A model generated the notes under the pieces. The model worked only from the letters and a program-made list of their open reading frames with translations. It did not search any database and had not been told where the DNA came from. A stretch of DNA of 45,054 nucleotides, filler included, from Streblomastix strix (taxonomy: Eukaryota): the NCBI GenBank assembly GCA_008636045.1. It is 2 parts of 2 records of this genome, joined end to end, with 100 filler letters (N's around TTAATTAATTAA, not from the genome) between each part and the next. Parts side by side here need not be neighbours in the genome. Positions count along the whole stretch, not along the records: positions 1 to 22,508 come from SNRW01000319.1; 1 more part is not named here. The stretch is one strand, 5' to 3'. Every line of letters begins with the position of its first letter. The stretch's first letter is position 1. Below, one piece after another: positions 1 to 15,000 of this stretch. Made by a program: the position numbers and the translations under genes.

Positions 1-3000
1 ATATTCTCAATTTCTATTTCTTTCAAGATCTCATTATCTTACACTTTATTTCTTTTTGTTTTCATCCATCTTTTAATTTCCATTGTGTTTTCATTTGCTA
101 TTTTCATGATTTCATTATTCATTTATTATATTCCACCTTTCCTTTTCCATTTATCAATTGGCATAATACTATATAGTAAATTAATAAGAAAAGGAATAAA
201 AGAAGTGAAAATCAGTTATTTATGCTAATTAATAAGAGAATAAGAAGGAGCTAAATGTAATTATTATGTAATATAAGTAGAGAAGGTTGTTTATTGGGGA
301 GGTAATGAATGAGATAGAATTAAATCTTCAGTATCTGATGATTGAGATTTTGATAATAGCAACCAAATTAATAATGAAAATAATGCATCAAAGTTAATAT
401 GTGATGTTGAGAATGGTAATGTATGAGTTGATTTGGATGAATAAAATTGTTTATTTTCATTTGTTTGCTTTTTATTCATATTTTCTTTTTTCTTTTCTTC
501 TTCATATATATTCTTTTTCTACATCATTTTTGCAATAATTTTCACTAATTCATTCATATTTTAACTCATTTTATTCACTTTTTATCCTTCTTCTTCAAAT
601 TTATTAATATATTCTTTCCCTTTAATATCAATGCTTTTTAATAATGAATTCAAAATATTAACTCGACGAAATCGTTATAATACCAATGGTTTGATTTAAT
701 TTTATTATTTAGATGTTTATTATGAAGATTATTGTTATTAAGATAATATTTATTATTACAAAATAGGAATTTATTATTCGTCATCTTAAACAGCTTATGA
801 ATGCTTTTATAATATTTTATAGAAAAAGAAGTTTGATTCAGAAAATGAAAATTGAGAAGAAATTGAAGGAATAAATTAAGAAGAAGAAGATGAAGATTAT
901 TAATTATTATTATTGTTATCTTTTTATTAAGTTTCATTTGTAAGTTTCGAATCTTTTTCTTTATCATTAACTATCTCTTTTTCATGTGAATTTTTACTAA
1001 TTTTAGATTTCAAACTTTCTTTTTTACTCGTTTTTTCATCATTTTCTTTCGATTTATTTGTTTTCCTTGTTTTAATTGATTCGATTTCAGATTATTGTAT
1101 TTATGGAGATTTAATATTTATTTGTAAAATATTTTATTTTGTTTAATCTTTATCTTTAATTTTCACATCTTTTTCTTTCTATTTATTTTCTTCATCTTTC
1201 TTTTACTATTATTTATTATCTTCTTTCTTTTATTTTTCAATTTCAATTTATTTTTCCTTTTCAATTTCAAATTCCATTTCTTTTTATATTTTCTCCTTAA
1301 TTTCATTCTCAAGTTACTTCTCATTATTTAATATGGATTTAATTGCTAATTATTTTGCAATTGAATATTCATCTTAACTTTATTTACCTCCAGAAGGAAT
1401 CCTGAAAATTGATCTGAATTAAACATCAGGTTATAAATAGAATGGAGATGAATATGTAAATTTGAGTTATTTTAATTCATTATCCGAGAATTGATTTAAT
1501 TAATAAGAAAGTAGAATAGAAAGTTATTCTTCTTTTTATTTAAAAAGAGAAAAGAATTGAGAAATTTACTTTTATTATTATGATTTTAGCTTCTTTTTAA
1601 CGATTTCTGGTGACATTTATTCTATTTATTATTATTGTTAACTAGAATCAGGAATATATATGATATTTGATCTTCCTTAATATTACTATACATTCTATTC
1701 TCTTTATATCTATTTTTAAGATATTTTTAATTTATCTGATTTCTAATCATTTCCCTCAATTTGTATTCCAGTTATTTTTATTTCTTTCTCTCTCCCATCT
1801 CTTTATCTCCAGGATTTCCTTTCTTATTCTTCTCTTTGTTCTCTTTCTTCTTTTTGCTTCTATTTCTCAATCTGTTTCTATTTCTCAATTTCTCTCAATC
1901 TTTACTTTAAAAATTCTCTTTGTTTTTATTTAAATAGTATTTTATTTTCTACTTCATTTGTAACTTCATCCATTGAAATAAATAAATCTGATGGTGATTT
2001 TTCTATCTATGACGTTTATTCCTTTTATTAAAATTTTTCTTTGGGTGGAGTAAATAATAATGATTATTTTTCTTATTATTTTTATTATTTTGCTTTTTCA
2101 ATAATTTTCTGTTTTTCATTTTCAATCAATTTCATTTTCATTTATTAATCTTCTTTTTCAATTTCTTTATCTTATTCTTTTTCTCTTTCTTTTTCTTTCT
2201 CGTTCTCCATCTCTTATTTAATTAATTCAATCTTCATTTCAATTTCATTCTTGAATAATTCATCTTCTTTCTCTTCTTCTTCATCATCTTCTACTTCTTC
2301 ATCTTCTTCTTAATCATTCATTTCTATTAATTTGATTATATTATTTGGCATCCATGGTAATTATTTATACAGATGTTACTCTTAATTCTAATTCAAATTA
2401 TTATTAAGGAAATTAATCTATCCTATTTCTAATATATAATCTTCTTTAATTAATTTATTAGATGATCCAAAAGATGAATTATTTGTGTATGATGGCATAA
2501 ATTATGAATTAATAGGAGGTGAAGAAGTGATTATATTTTCTTCATTATATTCTTCATTATTTATTTGTTTCATTTCTTATTCTTATTCTTAATCATCATC
2601 TTCATCATCATCATTAGTTTCAATTTATTTTTAGTCTTCAATATCAACTCCTCTTCCCATTAAAACATAGTTCTATTATTTATACATTAAAGGAAGCAAA
2701 GGTTTATTCATTTTTATATTTAAATGTTAATAATAAGGAGAGAATATTGATTATGGATTTGATTATTATGAATATTATTATATTTATTGTTATTATGAAT
2801 ATTATACAAATTATGGAGAAACAGAAGGAGAAGGAAGTGGATTTAATTATAATTGATCTTTTTAAATATTCATATTTATATTAATATTAGTTTTAATATC
2901 TTAATTCTCATCTATATATATTATAGGGGCTGAATATTCAGAAACAGCCAATGTTTATGAAGATAAATAATTAAATAAAGAAAATTCTTATATTTATTTC

Positions 3001-6000
3001 TTGTTTTTATCATATTGTATTAATTTATTATAAATATTCTCTAGTCTATTTATTTATTGTAATAATTGTCTTTATTATTTCTGTTTCAATTTCTCATTAT
3101 TATCATTATCTTTAATAATATTTTTCTTTTCATTTTATTATATATTTACATTTTCATTTTCATATTCATTATCTGTCTGATTAACTTTCATTCTCATTTC
3201 AATCAAATTTTATTCAATTTCTTCAATTACTTAACTTATATTAATAATCTCAATTCCTCTTTAATTATTTATTAGAGAAATGAAATTGAATTGAGGTATT
3301 TAAATCAAAGGTTATTAATATATTGGTTGTGATAAATAATCATCTAAATTAAATTCATTCCTATTATTATCACCAATATTTTCTATTGTGAAAGTAATTC
3401 CTTTATTTCTTTTAAATTCATTTTAATTCGAATTATTATTTATATTAAAATTCATCTTAACTTTCCTCATTTCAAAATTCAGTCCAATATTTTCTTTCTT
3501 TTATTTAATCCTGAATAATTTCTTTCTTTTCATAACAACAAGTCTTAAAACACGAGTTGCTCTATGTCTAACTTCTTCTTAGTCGTTTTCAATAATAAAT
3601 GGAAACAAAGAAAGAATTGCATTTGGTGTGCACATGAAGCGACACAATGAAGAAGATCTCTGAACATACCACGCTAATATGTCAAGTGTTAATAACTGAA
3701 TATGAATTTTGAAGTTTGATTTCTCTTTTTGTATTTGTTTCTTTAGTTCTTATTCAAAGTAGAAATATATCGAGTTTGTAATGTTAGAAGATGATGAAGA
3801 ATATTATTGTTAATTATTTTATTATTATTGTTATTATTGTTATGAAAATGGATCTTTAAAAGACATCAATATTGGAGAAAGAAATCCTAAAGGTGATGTT
3901 AATTATCTTGAATTTCTTTAGTTTTAATTTCCATCATTTTCATCTTCTTATTTTATTTATTATTATTTGGACTAGTATGATGTATTATACAAATCTTTGA
4001 AATTCTTTTTTTCTATTTATATTATTTCATTTGTTACTTTCACAATATCATTAACTTCTTCAATAACTTTATTATTATTTTCTCTTTCATTTAGTTTTAA
4101 ATCCGAAATAATTTACAACAAATTAATTATTCCTTACTAAGATTATTAATGAATCACATTTTTATATTGATGGTTTTTCAATTCAACTGCTCCAGATGTT
4201 GCAATATCAAATATAAATGAGATAAAATCTGAGATTGAAAGTATTGCATATCTTTATTTTCTTCTCAAATATCTTAAATGGAATGTGGAGAATCTTATTA
4301 ATTATTTTATTTATAATTGAAAAAGTAATTGTTACTGTTATTAATATTGTTATTGTAATTATTATAATTATGAATTTAATTATTAAACAGAAGACAATGA
4401 AGGAAAAGAAGATTATTTAACCAAAGAAGGTGATTATAGAGAAGTCTAAAGTGAATGTTGAGATATAAATGAATATTATTATGATTATATTTATTATTAA
4501 AGTTATTCATTTGTTATATTAATAGGAAGTGTGGATGTCGCATTTGTTACTAATTCATTTATTGTTTAATTTAAATTTCCAAAGCAATCCTTTAAAACAT
4601 TGCATTCATTCAATTAGAACTATTTCTATTCATTCTTTCTTTCATCATCATCTTCATCATCTCCTTTCTTTTCTAATTCATCTTCTTTCTCTTTCTCTTT
4701 TTCTTTCTCTTTCTCTTTATCAATTTCTTTGTCTTTCATATTTAATACATAATTATCATCAGCTAAATAAATAGCATCCCAATCTTCATCTGTTATTCCT
4801 TATTCTTCTTAATTGGTTATTTTATTTAGTTGGGATTTCATCTATTTATCAACTCGAGGTTATTTTTCATTTGTTTTCTCATTGAGATTAGATTTGTCTT
4901 TCTTTTATTCATTTTCTTTCTCCTTTTAAATTTCTTTTTCTTTTTCTTTCTCTCTTTGTTTATCTCTGATTTTCTCAGATTCATATGTTTTCATATAATC
5001 GCATACACACATTAATCTTAATAAAGTTGAAATATGCTAATTTGCTTTTGTATATTGATGAATTGTAAGAAGAAATTATGGAGAAATAAAACAATCATAT
5101 TATTGTTATTATATTTCTAGATTATCTTTGTTTATTTATTCTTTATTTTCAATTCCTTATGTTTTATTCTAATTCTTATTAATTAGAAATGGAGTATTAA
5201 GCCAGAAAGGTAATGGAAGAGAAGGAATTATAAATAATTATTATTAATTAGAAGAGAATTAGTTTGGTTGAGTTTACTATTATTGTTATTGATTTTCATT
5301 ATTTTGATTATTGGATGAAGGATTAAGTATAAATAATTAATTATTAGCTGATGATGTATTAGGTTATTATTATATGTCAAATTATTAATATAAAATATTC
5401 TTTATTTATTCCATATTTATTTCAATTTATATTTCATCCATATTCAATTATCTAATTAATTAGATAGTCTCAGGTTAAATATTAAATAATTCATTCTCTT
5501 TTTCTTTCTATTTATTTTATTCATATTCATTATAATTATTCATATCAAACAAAGGAGAATAAGGTATCTGTTTAATACCTAATATTTATTATGCATTTTA
5601 TACACTTGTAGCGACTGATAATTATAAAGTTGTTACGCTCAACATAAGAAGGGAAATAATCTTTTATTCTTCAGTTTCTTATTATTCTAATAATAAATTG
5701 AATGATTCCAAACCAGGCAATTCTTCTTCTTCATTTAAATATTTATATTTGTTATTATTGTTACGATTATCATTATTGAATATTTTATAATTTTTATTAA
5801 TATAATGGAATTAATCATCAGAAATTAATGGTTTTTATATGTTTGATTACTATTAATTTATTTCTTAATCAATTCCTTTTGGATATATTTTCTTATTCAA
5901 ATCTAATTCTTATTTATTAATATCTTCTTATTTTTATTTATTATCTCCATTTATATTTTCTTTATCTTTTTCTTTTATTCTTTTGTTATTTTTCTCATTT

Positions 6001-9000
6001 TCTTTCTTTTTCAATTTCATTAATCTTTTCTTTTATTTTGTTAATAGTCTTTATATTCCTTTTTCTTTTTTTCTTTCTTATTTTAATGTTTCTTTTCTTT
6101 CTTTTCTTCGATATTTCTTTTCTACTTCTTTAAACATCATAATTTGCATCGCTCTTTCAATATATCCATAACTTTTTATTATATATCTTTATTTATCTTA
6201 TTTATTATCATTTTTGTCATTTTCTTATTCCACGGTTTATTTATGTATTTGTTTATTCTTGTATAAAATTGATTATTAATAGAATAATTATTACCTTAAA
6301 TAAGATAGTTTCATTCTAAAATTATTATTTATATTGAACTGATTATTAAATTGATTGTATTATGTTATTTAATTCTTATTGTTGTTTATGTATTTTGATT
6401 TCTATAAAATAAGAGGAGAAGAAAATTTATAATTTATTTCTTTATTTTTAAAGTCATTATTAACATTTTGATAAATTTCATCTTCTTATTCATCAAATTA
6501 TTAGTTGACTAATTTAACCTATTATTTATATTAATAATTTAATTGAGATAAATTAGGTTTTGAAGTTATTATGTCATGAATAATTTATAGTAAAGAAAGA
6601 GAATGAAGAATTGTTGCAAATATTGGAGAAATAAGACATGAATCTCGCAATAATTAAATTAAAGGTTAAATTACAGGTGTTCTATTTCCTGTTAATTTAT
6701 ATTTAGATTAAATAGTTTATTTTGGATTTGTATTGTTATAATTATTATTTATATGATAATTGCAATTCAGAGGAGCAATTGATGACAAAACATTTTATAC
6801 ATTTTACATTTTGGCTTATGAATGTATTGCATTAGCTTCATTAATTGTTGATAAATGCAATTCTTAACCTACTTATTGATTGATATTATTATTTATATTT
6901 GTTTATTATTGTTGTTAATTTGATATTGATGATGATTATGATTAATATTACTAAAATGAACGAGTTCTTCTTGGTTTTCTATCACTTTTCTAAGTTGCAA
7001 TTAAATTATTCTAAATAATTTAATTATGATCATTCTTAATATAATATCCAACATCATCTGCAGCATCAGCTTCATCTGGGGAATAAAATGATGCATGTTT
7101 TAAAATTTTATTTAATTATTTATCTTCTTAATCTGATTTATTATTCTTTTCTTTATTTTACTATTTCTCTTATTCTTTATTCTATTATTTATTTTATTTA
7201 TCATTTTATTTTGTAATTGGAGTAGTTGAAATTAATTAATTAGAAATATTAGATTATTATTGAGATAAAGAATGTTATTAATTAGATGATAAATTGTTAG
7301 ATGAAGAAGAAGGAGGAAGTACTAGTAGTGGAGGATTATCTTATTTTGATTGTTGTTAATCTTTTGAATTAATTTATTATTTATTTTAATTTAGTAATTA
7401 ATTATCGAGTTATTGAGAACCTGTTTATGTTTTTATATCTTTGTTTATATTTGTTTCTTATTTCACTTTTTCTTTACTATTAATATTTGTATTTATAATT
7501 TATTATTATATTTGCTAAGAATAAGGATTGTTTATTTACAATTGATAATTATTCTGATTTTATTATCTTTTATATTCATCTTCTTCATCATCTTCATAAG
7601 TTTATTCTTAATATAATATTGAAGCAAAAAATGGTAATAAATCGAGTAATGAAGAGAAAAAGAATGCAACTATTTAAATTGCAAGTTAAGCTTCTTTAGG
7701 TAATTATAATCTATTTTAATTTTCATTATTAATTAATTCTTCGTTTTTATACATTTCTTCGAATTTATTTTATTCTTTTTATTACATTTCTTTCTCCTAT
7801 AATTTCATATAATAATAACTTACTTCAATTCCTCCAGCTATTGAACGTAATGCAGATAAAATAACTCTGACAAATTGTTTTTTCATTGTAATATTTGTGC
7901 AAAAGAAGAAGAATTGACGTAAAATTGATTTGTTATGTTGCATATTACTGGTTTAATGAGACGAAGATTATTTCTTTTATTATTTAATTGTTGATTATTG
8001 AATTTAATTTTTTATTAAAGGAGTAGTTTTTTGATTCGTTTCTAATTTTCCTTTTTATTTTCTAAATTATTCGTTTTTTGAACTGAATACTTTTTCTTAT
8101 TCATATTCTTCTTCATTCTAATCAATTCCTACACTTTCATCTTCATCATTTTATTCATTTTTCTTTTCTAAATCAAAAATATTAGAATCTTCCAAATACA
8201 TCTTTGGTAATTTCATCTTATTTTATTTGTATTATAATTACAATTAATATTTATTATCATCTAATTAATCAATTTCTTTCACTTTCTCCTTCTTTTTCAC
8301 TTTCTCATCATTTTTCTCTAATTTCTTTTCTTCTTTCTTTCCTTTTTATTTTTCTTTCTTTTCTGATTTTTCTTTTTACTTTTATTTTTCTTTTTTAATT
8401 TCTTTTTACTTTTAATCTTCTTTACTAATATTTTCTTTCCTTGATTTTATTGTCGAATAACTCCTTTGACTTTTGACTGATTTTAATTCATCTTTTTCTT
8501 TTTCTTTATTTTTCTTATTTTTATCTTTATCTTCTTTCAAGTCTTTTTCTTTCTCTTTTTCTTTTATTGATTATTTTTCTTATTTAATCATTTCTTCTCT
8601 TTCTTTTATTGCTTATTATTAAATAAGTTATCCAAAATCAATATTGGTTTTATATGGTTTATTATCATGATTATGTTTGTGTTTTAAATGTTTATCTTAA
8701 TGTTTGTTAGTGATTGAATCTTTTTCTTTTAACTAATATTTCTGATCAACTTTTCTTGTCTCAATATTATCATTATATAATAATCTTCTATAATTATTTT
8801 ATGTGTAAAATTGATAACTATTCTTATATTTATATTCATATTCTTAATCATCTTCTCTTTCATCAATAATATCATTTTTATCTTTTAATTTCGATTATTA
8901 CTACAAAGATGAAGATGATGAAGTATTTTATGTTTTCGATGTTATTTTGGGTGATTTTGAAGTTGATTGGCTTCTTTCATTATTTCCAGTTTTTCTTCTT

Positions 9001-12000
9001 CCAGATTAATCATCAAATTAATCATTGTCGTATAATTCTTATTCTTCATCTAAACTCATATCAAGATCATTAAATTAATATTTATTTTCAATCTTTTCTA
9101 ATTGTTTTCTTTATTTTTATTATTTATCTTAATCACTTTCATCTTCTTCTTAATCTTCATCTTCATTTTAATATTCAATTTCATCTTCTTCATCTTCATT
9201 ATCTTCAATATCTTCTTCAAAATAATCTTCTTCTTCAATCCAATCTTCTTCTTCTATACTTTATTAGCCTAAATCACCATCTGCTGAACATGATCTGGAT
9301 AAATCATATAACTGTTTTTATGATTGTTTTAATGGTTTTTAGCTTTGTTTTAACTTTTATATGGATTTGGTTGATATTTTCAATTATTCTTTTGATTTTA
9401 TTTTATTCCCTAATTCAGATTTGCTTTTTTATTCTTATTCTTATTCTTCTTTATTTTAAGGTTCTTTTTCAATCTTCTTTGTTTTATGGGAAATTTAATT
9501 CTTTTAAAGCTCTTCAAAATTGTCAAACAATTCATCTTCATCTTCTTAATTTGATTTGTTTTTTCTTATTATTTTATAAATATCATCTTAATTATCATCA
9601 TCTTAATCTTATTGTTCATCTTAATCTTCATCATCTTCTTCTTAATCTTCAACAAACATTACTTCATAATCATCTTCATCTTCATCATCTTCTTATTCTT
9701 CTTCATTTCTCATATATTCAACTTCATCTATTTCTTCAATTTGTATTATATTCTATTCATTTTGTTCTATTTAATTTTCTTCTTATTCTTACTCTTTTTA
9801 TTATTTTATTAATCCTTTTTCTTTTTCTTATCTTTCTATTCTTTATTATTCTTTTATTATTTCTCTTTATTATTATAAATATAATTTATCATAAATCTTC
9901 TTCTTATATTTTATTTCTTCTTATTTAATTATTCTTTATCTTTATTCTTCAATATATTCTTTTGTCTATTAATCTTCTTTTTTGATTTAAATCGCCAAAT
10001 AAAATAATAAATTAAGTGACAATAAAGGAGATAAAGATAATATATTCTCCATTTCAATACAAAATTTATTAAATATAGAAGAATCAATTGAATGAGATAA
10101 AGTATTTAATATGAAATAAAGCCAAATACGAATAAATAATCCTGAATTTGAATGTTGTGTTGTTGGAATGTGTATTAAAGAATCAGAAAGAGATAATGAA
10201 GATGAATATAATGGAAGAGAAAGAATAGATTATTATGATGATGAAGATTATTATTATTATTATTATTGTTGTTGTTGTTATTTATTTAAGAACTATAATA
10301 ATTAATGATTTATTTATTCTATTTTGAATTAAGATATAATTTCATAAAGAGATGGATTGAAAATGGAATTTGGTTGAGGTTGAGAAAAATAAGATATTTA
10401 TAATTAAGGAATATAATTATTAATTAATTATTATTGTTAATCTAATTAATTCAGTTTCATTTCATTTTCATCAATTCTTTCTTCTTTATCTTCAATTTAT
10501 CTTTTTTCAATTATTTCTCTTTCATTCCAATTTTGGTATTAATTGTCATTTAATTATTATAATAATAATCCTTCACTGTATAAATCACATTTCAGTGAAT
10601 CAAATATTCTTCTAATAAATAAAATCAGATTTTTCTTAGGGAAATATTTAGATATTTATTTCTTCTAAACTTAATCTTTTGCATTTGAATCCTCATTATT
10701 AATATTAATTATACTATTAGCATTACTATAATCTTCAATTAAATATAATGCAGTAAAGTTATTTATTCCTCCTCGATATTATTTCAATTATTAATAAGCA
10801 GGATGATTTCTTGATATTTGTGAAGCTATTTATGATATTTATTAAGATTGTTATTTTTCTAGTGAAGAAAAAGGAAGAGAATTTGAAATAGAAGTTTATT
10901 AAGAAGATTATTCTTATGGAGTCGTATTATTAATTCCTTCGTTTAACCACGTAAAATATGACATATTTCTTTAATGGTTTTATTTGATTTATTGTTATTA
11001 TTATTATTGTTATTATTCTTTTTCTTCTTCAAAATTATTTTTTTCATTTTAATATTCATCTTCATCATCATCATCTTCTTCTTCTTCTTCATCATCATCA
11101 TCATTTAATGATTCATTATTATTCAATTTTTATTGGTTTATAAATTAATAAACATCATCAAATTCTTTTTTTCTTTTCTGTTTAATTTTTGATGAATTTA
11201 CTGATAATAATTATGAAGAAGAAGAGAAAGAATGAGAAGGAAGTAGCTTTTATTCAAATATTTTTATTGTTCCTGATAATAAATTAATCAAAATAAACAT
11301 ATTTGAAGGACAATTGCGAACAAGAGTGTGCAACAATTCATATAATAATGTCTGAATTTTATTTATATTTGAAATTCTCAACGTTCCATCTGAATAATAA
11401 AGTGAAGATTATTATTATTACACTTATTATTTATCTTCATTATTATTACTATTTTAAATATCGTTTATTTTCTTATTTTTAATTCGTGGTATTCCAGTAA
11501 GTAAATATCGATATATAAATTCAATTAATCCTTATCCTTGTTTTATTTCTTTATAATTCGGTTATTAAATATTTGATTCACTTAAAATATCATTTTCTTA
11601 ACATTTTTGAATTTATAATTGATTTTCATTTGATTATTGTTTGTTTTTATTATTTTCAATGGATTTGATTTCACTATTTCCAATTTCGCTTTTTAATTGA
11701 TTTTCAAAATTATATGCTTTCAAATATTATTAATAATATTAAATATTTCTTTTTTATTTATTTGAAATTTAAATTAAATTGTTTTAATTGATATTTTCAA
11801 ACTTATTTTTATTATATCTATAATTCAATTTTTCTAATTTTTATGTTTTTATTTCAATAATTCTTAAGAAAGATATTAACCAAGCAATTGTATTTTGCAA
11901 TGATACAAGGTTATGAGGATTAAATTAATTAATATTATTAATATTTTGATCATCATTATTTTCTCTTTATTTAATTTCTTCTTTCTTATTTTATACTTAA

Positions 12001-15000
12001 TTATTCTTATTTTCATTCTTTTCGTTATTAATTTTATTCTTTTCATCTGCTTTGTTATTTTAGTTATTTTCTTTATTTTCAGCATTTTTATTATTTTCAA
12101 TATTTTATTTTGGCCAAATATAAACTGATGATTTGATTATTGCTGAAAGAATGATGGGCAATCTGAATATATCACATTTTTTCATCCTTTCTTATCGATT
12201 TATTGTTTCTTAATCTTTTTCCTAATATTTTACTACTTCATTCATTTTCAATATTTCATTATTATTGTTGGTTTTATCTTTTTTATTCATATTTTCATTC
12301 ATCATTTACATTCTTTTCTCCACTTTTTCGAATAAATTAATTATAATAAAAGTAACATATTCTATTCTTTAATAAGAAATATTGCAATTCTTAATTATTA
12401 CTTATGACATTATTCCAATAAACTTTAATAGTATAAAGTCAACTATATTCATTGAAGGAGGTTTTAGAATATGAGGTGTTAATTATAAACTAGAAGTTGA
12501 AGCTGTTAACTTTGTTGATGAATAAGTTAATTTCATTGATGTTGATTTTGGTTCTTTTTCATTTTAATTCAGAGGTTAAGATATTTGATATTGAGAAGAT
12601 AATTATCGTGTCAAAATTGTTGGAGAATGTTATTATTACTTCAAAGATGGAGATAATTGGAATTATGGAACCAAAGGTGAAGTTTATTACTAAATTAAAG
12701 GTGATTAATACTGAATTGAAGGTGATACTTATTGTTTTGTTTATGAAGATTATTTTTGTGGGGTTTTCATTACATTTTCATTCAAATCTTCTTTTTCTTT
12801 TTCTTTTTATTTATTTTTCAATCTTTGTTTTTCATCTTAATATTATTTTCTCCATCTTTCGCCAGATGAGCACAATTCATAAAAGAATTCAATTATTATA
12901 TCTGATATTTATAATTATTTCTATTTATTAGATTTATTATATAATTAATTTTCGTTTCTTTTTATTATTTGTAATTATTCTTTTTCATTCAAATTGTTCT
13001 AATTTTCATCTTTTCTACTTTCAAAATCATTCTTCTTTATTTTAACAGCCAATAAAGCAATAGTAAATAAAATATTATCATATTCATCAGATAATAAAAT
13101 TGGAACCAAAATTTCAGAATAATAATGAAGAAAAGATGTTGATATTGATAATAAATAAAATAGTGTTTATAATTATTAAGAAGTATCTTATATTTATATT
13201 TATTATGTAAGTTTATTACTACTTGTATCATTTGTACTTTTATTATTTTTATTATCAATATTTTCTAATAATTGTAATTATATACTTCCACCATTTTATA
13301 ACAAATGATTTACAAACTAAAAATTATCAGAATTATATGATGAAGAAAGTGGTAAATTAAGATTGACAATATTATTAATATTATATTGTTCTTTATTATC
13401 TTTATCATTCTTTACTTATTATTAATCTTTTAATTCTTATTCATTTCCATTTTGATATTATTAATAATATTGTTATTACTATTTGTTTTCAATATCATTT
13501 TCAATGATATAACTTTGAATAGAAGAATTTATAACCAATTAAGCAAATTATTAATTATTATTAATTACACCATTGAATAATAATAAAGGAGATGAAATAA
13601 GATATGGAATAAGAGGAAGTTTGCGAAGTTGAATTTAATCATCTTCTTCACTTTATTTGTCTTTGTCTTTATCTATAATTTATTCAGAATTCATTTTTTC
13701 TTTATTTTTTGCATTTTTTTATTTCATTCTCAATTTCATGCGTTTTTTTTAATATTGCTATTATTATTCTAAAATAGAATATGTTTGAATATATCCAAAT
13801 TTCTATCCAACTACAAAGAATGGTAAACATTAAGAAATTAGTGGATTATTTTATGGAGCAAATTATGTAATTATTGAATTTAATTAATTACTTAATTGTT
13901 AATATTAATGAAGAGGTTGAATATATTGAATAAGTGTTTAAAGAGAAGATGATTATTATTAATATTATTAATGCAAATGGGTGAGAATTAATCTTTCTAT
14001 ATATAAAGATGATGATATTGAAAGTCGAGAAGCAAATTGGAATATTGTTAATGCATGATTAAGAAGATTATGATTATTTTATTATTATTGTTTTGATTAT
14101 AATTATTATTATGTAAGATATGGACATAATAATGAATTCAATTTAATATTGCTGTAATTGTTACAGAAGTACATTAGATATTATAATAGTGATATTTATG
14201 TAGCTTAAAAATATTATTATTATTGATTTATTTAATGGATAAAAGAATCAATGTCATTCAATTTATATAAAAATGTCTATTTTGTTATTGGAACTGAAAT
14301 CGGTTGAGAAATAATGAAATTAAAGAATGAAGATGGATGTGAAGAATAAGAAGAATAATAATATGGTTGAGAAGAAGAATATTATATTGATGATGAAGAG
14401 GAAATTTATTGTTGCTATTATATGCCTGGTTATTATTATTGTTGTTATTGTAACTATTATTATTTTATAGGTTAAATAGAAGGAGAAATTGATCTTAAAA
14501 ATAATTGTTATTAATTCTATTATTATAAAGTCTAAGATTATGAAGAAGATCTTTAAGCTTATGGAGAATTTGGAGATGTAATATCTTGAATAACAATTTT
14601 ATTTCCTCGCATTGTATATGTCATATTGTTCATTACAAATGTTACAGGTTCTTCTTCTTTTACTTTTTATTCTTTTTCTTTTTATTCCTTATATTTTTAT
14701 TCTTTTTCTTTTTATTCTTTTTCTTTTTATTCTTATAATGTTTATTCTTTTAATTTTTATTCTCTTAATTTTTCTGTTTCTTTTTCAATTCCTTTCTCAA
14801 TTTCCAATATCTTTTATTAATATTATAATTATTACTATATATCAATTTAATATTTCTTATTAAGTAGTTATGATATTGGTAACTAATTAATGTCTGAAAA
14901 GAATTATAGTTGTTATTGAGATTATTATTAATGCTATTCAATTTTTATTTTCTATTTATTTGTCAAATTTATATTTTCAATGTTAATATTGATGCTATTT